A stretch of DNA of 62,166 nt, the filler included, from Sphacelaria rigidula (taxonomy: Eukaryota), in assembly GCA_964200075.2 (NCBI GenBank). It is 10 parts of 10 records of this genome, joined end to end, with 100 filler letters (N's around TTAATTAATTAA, not from the genome) between each part and the next. Parts side by side here need not be neighbours in the genome. Positions count along the whole stretch, not along the records: positions 49,815 to 55,940 come from CAXNAA020022066.1; positions 56,041 to 62,166 come from CAXNAA020022067.1; 8 more parts are not named here. One strand, 5' to 3'. Below are positions 52,251-62,166 of this stretch, one piece after another (position 1 is the stretch's first letter; each line of letters begins with the position of its first letter). A program made the translations under genes and the position numbers. The notes beneath the pieces are model-generated. The model did not search any database. It was not told the origin of the DNA and worked only from the letters and a program-made list of their open reading frames with translations.

Positions 52251-55200
52251 GGCGGGGGGAGAGCGTACTCGTCTGTTGCTTTGCTTAGTCGTTCGACGAT
52301 CGACCACGCATCCCTTTCGAGACGGAGCACCGTTCCCATTTCTAATAGAGACACCTCCAGCATTCGGGCGCTCACTACGTTCCTTCCATTCATTTTTACA
52401 TGTGATGTCCCCTTCCTGATTCGCCGTCTGTGGCCACCGTCTATCTCCTAGTAGAGCGATCCTTTCCTCCCTACAGTCTAGGGCATCAAACGATTTTTTG
52501 CCACCTTTGTTCACGTTCCGCATTTTTCCCTGACACGTTCCGTTCCTCCTACTATAGCTCATATTATGCCACTTTATCAGTTCTGCTCTCAATTGCTTTG
52601 CCACAGGGGCAATTCTGTGCATCTACTTCCTCCTGGGGGGGGGGGGGTACTCATTTGTTGCTTGCCTTAGTCAATGGGGAGAGGAGGGGAATCTCTACTG
52701 CAAAGGAACAGTCGCATCGCAGTGACCATGGTCCAAAATGACGTATTGGTACACAATCCGCGAGCTCAAAAGAACTAAGGTCTTGCGGTGAAAGAATTAC
52801 CGTTACGAAGATGGTGGTAGACTCGGCATTGCATGTGCAAATCCTTCAAAATCTATATGCTTCCCCTGGGGTACAACTTTTGTTTTTCTACATGCATGCA
52901 CTCAGACCAATCTCTTACAAACGGCATCGGGGTCGTGGTCTCCAGGGCGTCGCAGTGTCTGTGGAACGTGCCAAGATAAATACTACCTCATTTTTATTTC
53001 CATGTGGTGATATATTGTTTTGTTTTGTGATTGCTTCTAGTCCGGAGCCTGAGGAGGAACGATGAGTGAGAACTCCGTGTCTTGTAAGATATAGCAGGGA
53101 CGATACTGGAAAAACGAGCCCACGTGTGTCTGTGACTACGGGTTCGAGAGATCGGACTAATGTGTGGAAATGATAACAGTGAATGTTCTAGCAGATTTAG
53201 AGTATGCCAAGCGCACGCGAGAAAGAGCACTCCAACTCTCTCTTTCGTCGCGGCGATTGACATGAAGGGCTGGCACTTTGGGGTCTGGGATCATGGCTTT
53301 TGGCGGGGGGGAGGTGTCGAACAGAAGAGTATCTGCAGAAGCACGTGGTTATAGTGCTGCGACCTCATAGAAGGTGTGTTCACGTGTTTTTTTTTGGCAG
53401 CGTGAAGGCCGACCTTCCCTTTGATCAAGGGTTCCATACGCCATCAAGTTGAAGCTATGTCAACGTCGAGTATGAGCGCGGTGGTCGCGTTTGCTCTCTG
53501 CCACGCAAACGCGGGCAGTAGATGCCTTAACAGCCGAACACACTGCGACGGTGCATAAGACCGCGCGCTGCCAATCTGCAAACATGTTTCGTTTGGATCG
53601 AGCTGTTATTTTGAAGACAGATCGATGCCTTGACAGCTACTCGCGACCGAAAGACTCGTGGCACGCAGGTTCCAGATTTCCGTCTCAACCTGAAGCACGT
53701 GGCTACAAGATCCTGAGAGCTTATTTGTCCGCAATTGCGTCGATTTATTTCAGAGTGGTGTGCGAAAATGCATTTGTATGTTCTTCGTTTATCACCAGAA
53801 ATTAACCAGCAGTGAAGCGCAACGGACGGGCAGTACCCGCGTGATTGGGGATTTGCCCCGCCATGGTTGCAATGTGTAGAATGGGCATTACGCAGCCGAG
53901 GCCTAGAGTGAAGATTATTGGGGACGCTGTGGTGTTCTGTGATCCACAGCTTTTGTCACCCGCAGGGGAGAATGTTAGCCCAAGCAAGTGGCGGCATGTT
54001 TTCTTGGTTGCGGTGGGCGAGGGTGTTGACGTGTATGCGGTAGCACGTTTTCCTTGTTGCCGTGGGCGGTATCCGGCGGCAGCTCAACTGTTGTTGCGCT
54101 GCTGTCAGCCATATATATATATATATATATACATACATTGCTGTACCTTGTGCTGCACCGTTGACTGCAGCAGCAGCAGCAGCACACCATAGAAAGTGCG
54201 AAGAGAATACGTAGTACTTGAGCTCCACCGTACATGTGCATAAGTGTTCTGAGTGCAGTGACATTGCCGGGCAGATGCATAACATATATTGTGGGAAAAT
54301 GAGACCCGCTACTTCAGCTATTTGTTCACAGCGTGTATTTTTTCCCGAAAGCGTAAGACTCCGCGCCCACCAGCGCATCTCGGTTGGACTGCCCATTGCC
54401 CGATGGGTGTGTGGGCCTGGTTAGGTGAGGGCGGTTCGTGACGGAAGTCTAAAAAACACTGGACTGCTGGGTGCATGAGTGCAGTGATTTTCGTGGACTG
54501 CGTAGAAGGGCGTTTTCAGACGTTACGGGCATAGAAACAACGTGACCGTTTGCAGGTCGGCTGATCTCTCGCCTTGTTCATGCGTGGTGGTTGGCGGTGA
54601 CGGCTTCCTCTTGCAGACACCGTGTTGCGAAAAATAATTTCGATGCTTCATCATCGTCCTGCATAAATTACGAAAACAAGGCTCCACTCGAGACTTGGTT
54701 AAACACCGGGGCGGAGAGACACTTAAGGTGTTGATATATTTGATGATTTGATACTAACAATCATGATAATAATCTTATTAATGTATATATTAACAGTAAT
54801 ACAATTTTTAGTGTGTGTTGTCGTCCCATCTATTCTGGACGCCAGTTTACACCTTTCGGTATATGTGGGTGCACCAGCCGGGATCACACAGGATGAAGGT
54901 CAACACAGGAGTTTTTCTTTTTTTCTTTTGTTTTTGGTACTTCACCTTCCTTCTGCGGTGCTTGCCTTTTATTTTTATCGCGAGAGGGGTTCGGCAGTCC
55001 CGTTCCCTCGTCGACCGTGACGTCGAATTTTGTACCAATAACAATAATCATCAACATTATAATTATCATCATACCAACACATCCTGGGCAATCGATTACA
55101 ATGTCGAAAAGTGTACCGCGTATAGTATCGACTATTGCGTCTATTGCCATAGCCGATAGATCCCACGCTGTATGCAGTATACTTTTTAGACAAATCGATA

Positions 55201-55432
55201 TAATATGTTGTACAGGGCATGCATGCCAATTGGACAAAAATAGTAACATCAGCAGTAATAGTAGCTGCAGTAAAAGTAACACTTGACCCATTTTTATCAT
55301 CCATATGGCCATTGCCCCTCGCCCTCTTTGCAATCATTTCATACCTTCGATCCAGACCCAACATGTTACATTTCCCTCACACGACAAACACTTTTCCCTT
55401 GTGTCACGAATTTACACGTACTTTGGGACCAG

Positions 55433-55662
55433 GGGATGACTCATCGACAACCCCGGATTCAACGATACTACCATTACCGACGCCTCCGCCCAAACCGGTG
55501 ACCCTACGAAAGGGCGAGAAGATGGGCGCCGGGGGCGCCAAGTACAAGCTAGTTGAGAGCGGGGCGTTCGATCTGTCCGAGCATACCCAGGATAGGGTTC
55601 GGCCTGCGGAGTCACGTATACCCCAGAAGCTTGTTGTGACGGTTACATTACCTGAGAATGCG
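55433..55662 (+). CDS. Kintoun/DNAAF2 (PIH1-family dynein assembly factor)-like exon
   Basis: KYKLVESGAFDLSEH...RIPQKLVVTVTLP resembles the kintoun PKY.I.....DL......RPKEL(V/I)VTI.LP segment. Donor GCG|GTGAGT. Confidence 0.55.
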
Positions 55663-55815
55663 GTGAGTTCCTTGTGGGTTTGTCGAGCAAATGGGGGGTG
55701 AGGAATGTTATTTGCTTTTTCATGAGGCAAGTAGCCCCAACGTGAGCTTTTGAACGGGCTTCGAGGATAGTGCTGCCCCCGCTACAAGGCTGGCTTTGTT
55801 AAGGCGCCCCCCCCC

Positions 55816-55940
55816 GGCCTGGTCCGGCGAGAACCCGGCGTGATCCGTCCCGGCTTTGTAGGGGCGGACCCCCGATGGTGTTGGCGTCGGTTGGCACTGA
55901 CGCTATAAAACACGTCACTCACTGCATAAGCTAGGCAACC
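55816..55940 (+). mobile_element. Family A, copy following a C-run, cut by contig end
   Basis: C9, then GGCCTGGTCCGGCGAGAACCCGGCGTG..., then TAAAACACG.CACTCACTGC.TAAGC as at 5104-5130. Confidence 0.7.
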
Positions 55941-56040
55941 NNNNNNNNNNNNNNNNNNNNNNNNNNNNNNNNNNNNNNNNNNNNTTAATTAATTAANNNN
56001 NNNNNNNNNNNNNNNNNNNNNNNNNNNNNNNNNNNNNNNN

Positions 56041-56187
56041 GTGAGACACCCATGAGGCAATGTATAAGACGTGAAGATGTCAGCCTTGTCCGGCGAGAAC
56101 CCGGCGTGCTCCGTCCCGGCTTTGTAGGGATGCCAGATCAATGGTCATATGACTATGGAATGCGTGATCATGAGTACCCTCCCTCTC
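56041..56187 (+). mobile_element. Family A, internally deleted 3' part
   Basis: Ends GATCATGAGTACCCTCCC. Confidence 0.75.
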
Positions 56188-56299
56188 CGTCCTATAAACC
56201 AATACCGAGCTATACGTTTTCGACTCATGTAACTCATCGAGGGGGGTCCCCACACACCGCACAATCCAGCTGCGCACACTGACGGCGTCGCGAACCAAC

Positions 56300-56437
56300 C
56301 TTGTCTGTGTCGGACTTGGCCATGACAATAATGCTGCCGAAGTTGTGGAAGATACGAAACGTTTGGTCGTGAACCATCTGCTCGGTTACCTCCTTGGGCA
56401 GCAGTGCCTCGGTACGAGCGTCCATCAAGAAATTCGA
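56300..56437 (-). CDS. Tandem PH-domain protein, exon (PH2 C-terminal part)
   Basis: CCAG| SNFLMDARTEALLPKEVTEQMVHDQTFRIFHNFGSIIVMAKSDTDK |GTTGGT, phase 0-0. Confidence 0.7.
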
Positions 56438-57083
56438 CTGGCGATGGCACAACAACGAAGGAGGTGACGGAAGGGTGGCGGAGAGCAGCGGCGACAGGGT
56501 GAGCCTACACACTCAGACACTTGTCGCCGATATTCTAGTATCAAGAAGGAACCAAGTGCTTCCAAATATAAAATCTGAACAAAAGGAGTCGGCATTCTCC
56601 CTCCCGATCAAAAGTCGTTTGGTACAACCAAACTGGCAAGCGGGGGCACTGCTTGCTCCCTCCTCTTCCGTGAAAAACGGGATCTGCAGGCCGAGCCATG
56701 GCACAAACAGTTCTCTTCTGAAACGACAGTAGACCACTGTTTGCTAAATTGGATTGTAAACAAAGACGTGGTCGAGGAGAGCTGGGCGCAGGTACGACTG
56801 ACGGCGGAGACCCTGTCGGCCTTCCTCTCGCGATCATTTCTCACTCCAACATCTTCTGTCGTCGCACCCTAGCTTCTTCACGTCGGTTTTATTTTTCGGT
56901 GTTGGCCTGTCTACGTTTCTCAACTGTATTCTCACTTCCTAGTCGACATGTATTCAGCGTTTGCGATACTTGCGTCGGAGTGTGTGTCCATCTATCGCAT
57001 GCACCAGTCACCTGCCGACGAAGCACATCAATCTCATGTGACAAAATCAATCAAGTCAATAATATCAACCGGCCGTTTCTTAC

Positions 57084-57155
57084 GTCAACTCTGGTCACGT
57101 CCATCGTCTCCTTGTGCTTGAATTTTCCCCTCCACAGCGCTTTACCCCGCACCAC
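57084..57155 (-). CDS. Tandem PH-domain protein, exon (PH2)
   Basis: GCAG| VVRGKALWRGKFKHKETMDVTRVD |GTAAGA, phase 0-0. Confidence 0.7.
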
Positions 57156-57309
57156 CTGCCGAGAACAAACAAGCACATAGACAACGAAGACGGTCACACA
57201 ACCCGATGGTTTGTTTCATCAAAGATGGAAGGAAATTAGAAAACTGACAAGATCGACGACCCTAGAATGTCTGGGCCAAGTTAATAAGGTGAGGTACGGA
57301 ACACATTCA

Positions 57310-57920
57310 GACATTGACGTGTCGACACCCTGAAATACTGAGGATCCCTAACAGGTAGTACCCTGCATACTCTACAGTACTCAGCATTTTCGGCAGACAG
57401 TACTCTGGGTACCCGGAATATTCCGTACATGTACCGAGTATTCCGGGAGACGTATCCAGCTTTTCAGCAGTAATTTTCACCCTCGGTTCTCGGTATATGT
57501 TCATAGTACTCAGGTGACAACAGCGGGTATGTCGGGGGGTAGGTACCGGAGGTACCGTTAGACACCGAGTACTTTCGGGGAATCCGTACTGTGAGTACTC
57601 AGGACATATATTCATTATTCCGATTGAAACAGCGGATGTTCCGGGTAAGAGGTATCCGGGGTACCTCGTTATATTGAGTATTGTCGACAGTATCCGCCGG
57701 GTGCCCGAAGTACTCAATAATCCGGATACCGCACCGGGTATGACGGTAGGTTTTACCCGAGGGAACTTGATGAACTCAGTACCTTGTACTGATGGTACCC
57801 TGAGTACCCTGTGTACCCCGGAGGTACTGAGAAATCCATGATACCCCGAATTACGGTACGTACCCTGCCCTGACCACCATACAAAGAAATGAAAACCGAT
57901 GACGACAATACCGGAATAAC
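57310..57920. repeat. Intronic GTAC/CCGG-motif-rich element (probable non-autonomous DNA transposon)
   Basis: Dense GTACTC, GGTACC and CCGGG motifs in both orientations. Confidence 0.45.
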
Positions 57921-58097
57921 TTTGGAATCGCGCGACACCAAACAGAGAAACGGTCACCGACGTACGGAAAGCCAAAATGACGCCTCTTGCACAACGACAG
58001 CACAATGAGAACAAAGACACGAACGGCAACAGCACCATATGAGAGTAAAGGATGGAAAACAAAAAAAAATGTTTTCTTTTAGTTTCTTCCTCCTCAC

Positions 58098-58151
58098 CAC
58101 ATCGTTGAAGACGTAGAAGTACTCCAGCCTCACGCCGGACTCTTTGCCGAC
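58098..58151 (-). CDS. Tandem PH-domain protein, exon (PH2 start)
   Basis: TTGCAG| VGKESGVRLEYFYVFNDV |GTGAGG, phase 0-0. Confidence 0.7.
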
Positions 58152-59270
58152 CTGCAAGACTCTGAGGGGCCCCTTGTGGATGGTCTCTCGCTTGCCTCCA
58201 CGGATTGCTAATTCCAGAACCTTACAGTTCGCGAATAAAGGAGGAAAAAAAAAAAAACGATGACATTACTCCGACGCGTGGGCATGGATGATAGACCAAC
58301 CTCCCGGATCAACATGGTGCCGAATACAGTCGATGATACACCACAAGGAAAGAAGGTTTTTTGCCCAAAATAATCATTTCCCCTCCCCTTTAGCAAGATA
58401 TCTATGGTGAGGGCTTCGGTTTATTTACCTCGGGCACGTTCGTGCGGTCACCACAGCCGAATTTGTGGCGGACCGACTCATGTTCGACCATCAATGGAAT
58501 AATCAATCATCGATCAATGTGGTGTATGGGGGTCATAAATATATTTACTTCCTCTCTGGTCCGTAAGCCTACTTCGTTACGGGTATTTGGTCGATGGGGA
58601 AAAACAGTGAAGGGTTCCAGTGACGATGCTGAATTCGGGTGTACTTACAAAGGCACAACGCAGACGATGATAGTGCAAAACAATATATATGTATATATAC
58701 ACAAGACGTACGGGACCCGGGGCTGCGCCGCTGCGCCCCGGTCTTGTCCCGTCTTCTTCGACGGTCACGGTATTCTTGCCTTGCCAAGCCCTCGTGAGAA
58801 TAGATTCTCTCTCGAAATGTTCAAAAGTGCTCAGATAGACCATAAAATTTTAGTGTGTGGCATTTGGACGGTGAGGATAACGAGTCTGGTGTCGGAGTTT
58901 TCGAATTCGATGATGGGGCAATACTACAGTGGGCGTGCACTCGCCGACCTGGTCGGGCGGGTTCAGCCCCGGCACATTCATGATGTGTGCTCTGCGGAAG
59001 TCAATCTTGGTCACACGGACATGTTGCGTGGCCCTACCCCCCCCCCTAGGTCGGCCAAGCGGAGTCGATTACCGCTGACAAGTGGAGGCCAAAAGTTCAG
59101 GATTGCGGCGAAAAACAAAACGTCGACCCGAACCGCTATTAATTCACATTTCTTCAGGCGCCTGCAGATGAACCCGCTCGCCTTGAGAAGGGTAATTTTC
59201 TAAAGTGATCGTCGCCATGCCAAACTGAATGGAGAGGGATAGACGGGTCTAAGAGCGTCAAGTATCGCAC

Positions 59271-59393
59271 CTTCATCCACTCCTGCTTGAGAGACGCCGA
59301 CTTGCACGACAAGAGATAGATATGGCCCTTCGTCACCACTCGGAAGATATGCAAGGCTTTCGGTTTGTCCTTGAGGTGACCCACGTTCTCAAC
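59271..59393 (-). CDS. Tandem PH-domain protein, exon (PH1 C-terminal half)
   Basis: TTACAG| VENVGHLKDKPKALHIFRVVTKGHIYLLSCKSASLKQEWMK |GTGCGA, with the PH C-terminal helix Trp. Confidence 0.85.
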
Positions 59394-60748
59394 CTGTAAC
59401 AAAAAAAAACAGGGAAGCAACAAGTTACGTAAATGTTTACAATTAGGAGGGGTGGGGTTGAAAAAAAGAGTACCACCAAGGTGAAAAAAATATGTCGGAA
59501 GGCGGGGGGAAAAGAGAGGAGAAGAGACACGCGTTCGTTCACTCGGGCAAGGCGAAAGAAGCAAAATGAGCAACAAAACGCAATCAGTGGGGAGAGGTCA
59601 GACTTCGCGATTGCTCGTCTTTTTTTACTGATACGAGGATATCGCCCGTACAGAGCAAAACAGACGTTCGGCTCGTCTTTCAGGTATTCGAACACTCCTA
59701 ACATAGAGGTGGAACAAATAAAGAGAGAGGAAGAGTACAAGAAAGGTCATCATATCAACGTCATTTCTCCGCGCGCCCACCCCCCACCCTCCTCCTCCAT
59801 GGGGACGAGTCTGCGGTACTCGTATCGAGGGATTTATCAGCCCATCGTATTCTCCCCGGGTGTTGCATGAGTGCCTAACGATACAGCATGTGTCACGATC
59901 ACCGATCAACCCTTCGACGGCCGGCATAGATTATCTGCTGCATCGGCATCAGTTTCACATGAAAAGATCCAAGCATGAACCACATGGCTCATGCTCGCGG
60001 TGAAGGGGTTCAAGCACTAGACCAGCACCGCCAAAGATACCCGTCGACTTTACTTCGTCCCGCCTTTCCTGTTCACTAATCTACTCAACTGTTTCACCAC
60101 GGAAACCAGAAAAAATGTACATGTTTATATTTCAGGATTTCAAACCACTTCCCCCCCCCAAACTGGCCCATCACACACATACTTCTTCTGCCCAACAGCT
60201 TGGAGCCACCGTGCTCTACAACAAATAGGGGCATCTCCCGCGATAATCCACGATTTTGTTCATCAACTCTTTTGACTGCAGAACATTTACGCCAACATTA
60301 AAGTGCTGGCTACAGAGACATGATAGGTTTGTACGTCACAAAACCAACCGTCAAGGCAGTGAAAAGGAGAAAAAAAGAGATGGAGAGAAGTTGGCATGTG
60401 TGGAATATATGTAGATGATGTGTTCTGTAAGGTATGCGTGTGTGTGTGTGTCGTGTGTTATTATCCCATTTTCAAGGGGGAGGCGTACTCATTTGTTGCT
60501 TGCCTTAAGCCGTGTCCAATCAATCTGTTTTCGTGTCGAAAACGTGCGGTGGAATTGAATTCGCTCGTTTCTGATTCGTCTATACTATCTTTTCGATTCC
60601 GCCGTGCGTTTTCGAGCTGATTTTCTAAAATAAGACATGGCCTTAATCGCTTGACCACGAACAACGCCTCCTTTGCGAGACGTAGCTTCGCGGGGGGGGG
60701 GCAGTAAAGAGCTCAAGTAACCAAATTCCATCCGAGCGCCGTTCTCAC

Positions 60749-60860
60749 CTGCAGCACCGCATCGATCCGCTTGAACACGTACTTATTTCCGAATGTGGCT
60801 GGCTTGGCGTGCAGCAAGCCGTCATTGAACAGTGCGAAGAAGTCTTCCCGGTCTTGGTAC
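60749..60860 (-). CDS. Tandem PH-domain protein, exon (PH1 N-terminal half)
   Basis: TTTCAG|G YQDREDFFALFNDGLLHAKPATFGNKYVFKRIDAVLQ |GTGAGA, in phase with 59393. Confidence 0.85.
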
Positions 60861-62166
60861 CTGAAAAATAATAAAAAAGGAACAAAATATTACGTCGACC
60901 ATATTCCACAGCTGCATTAGATACTGCCGGTCCTCCCGTGCGTCCTTCTGTCTTTCTTTCATGCCTCATCATATTCTCTACAGTTGTTGATATAGTGTCA
61001 ACAACATTTCGCTGGGTTCGTACGGTGTGACCACGTATTGCGGCCGAAAGAGGGTATCTCGAGTTCTCCCCCGACAAGGTCGCCATCGTACCACCGTAGC
61101 TCTGCAACAGAGGGATCGTCAAAGCGAGGACCATCTTCTCTGCTGATTTTCACGACACGATTTGGCCGTACACCTAGGTAACGGGCAGTAGAACCGGGCC
61201 CATACAGAGTACAGAATGTCCCCCGAATTCCCACAGTATCTCTGTGATCATCACCTCTTCCTACGGTACGGAGCCCCGTTAGCCGTAGTATAAGGGATTC
61301 GCCCGAAAGGGTGTGAAGGTTTCCGAACTCCCACTCCTGTCACTGACGGACTCGTCCTCTGTAACGTACTCCTCTTCCGATTTTTTACATGTCATGTGTA
61401 TGCAGGTATGCATTGTTCACATACATAGCCAGGGGAGAGATGGGATGATCCCTTGAGACCATTAGACCACGGGCTCGTCACGAGGAAGAGGAGGGGTTCA
61501 AAGTGCGATAAAAAAAAAACGTGGCTCCCCCCGTCAGCTGTAGTTTCCTTGAGAACGTTCTACCGTTAATTTGCCTTAGATACCACCCTCATTCTCCTTC
61601 TCAAGATGAGTTAGTCTCATCAAAATAGCTTTTAGTCCATTTGTTACCTTGGTGGCTCTGTTGGAATATTGGAGTACACCTTGGGTGATACGCTCCAAGG
61701 TTCAAGACATGTCATCGCCCAGGGGGCGGCGTAACCGCAATCACGAGAGCTCGGGAATGGTTTGTCCAACCATTAACCAGTTGAATGGTACATAATGGTT
61801 GGGTCATCGAGCGCCCCCTCCCTCCCCAGCAGAGGGGCCCCCGGCGGGGGCGACGTGCCGGAGGCACGTTTTCACGCGATTTGGCTTCACGAGAGCTGAA
61901 AAAATGGTAATTTTTGAGCCAATTTCAAGGGCTGTAGGTGGCTTACGTGGCCGGTGACGGTGGATAATGGCTTGAAAACATCATCAAATTTCTTGATATA
62001 GTCTAACCGTTACCATTACTGCTATTGTAGTGATAATGGCCAGTTATAACTGGTACACTTCCGAGCTCTAGTAGTCACGACAGCTACCCTACCCTCCTCT
62101 GCCGCCCTACCACTCCCCCCCCCCCCCCCCCCCCCCCCCCCCCGCCCCTCTCCCCGCCCCCTCCGC

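Noticed and set aside
57307..59203. 251-aa and 253-aa ORFs
   Set aside because: They lie within introns of the PH gene or a motif-rich repeat and show no domain features.

Overview
Intron-rich, repeat-rich eukaryotic DNA, most consistent with a brown alga (Phaeophyceae; inferred from gene families, GT-AG exon structure and repeat style). It is not one locus. Ten unrelated contigs of near-identical length (six of 6127 bp, then four of 6126 bp) are joined by artificial 100-bp N44-TTAATTAATTAA-N44 spacers, so adjacency across spacers means nothing. Gene fragments read by manual splicing: a Pmp/adhesin-like beta-helix membrane protein (3 exons), an exportin-6-like last exon, a CFAP210/CCDC173-like exon, a DUF2993-like gene (2 exons), a kintoun/DNAAF2-like exon and a tandem-PH-domain protein (5 exons). 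The rest is mostly mobile DNA: a decayed APE-RT LINE with several 3' fragments, a Tc1/mariner transposase relic, a tRNA-headed SINE-like element, and many MITEs and foldback palindromes. The most unusual signal is a retroposon pair. The LINE and a high-copy, apparently non-coding family share a ~75-nt 3' end finishing in ATGAGTAC plus a C-run, not poly(A). One copy has a 12-bp target-site duplication that starts with CCCCC, suggesting a C-tailed, C-run-targeting non-LTR system. All homology calls come from motif recall; no database search was run.
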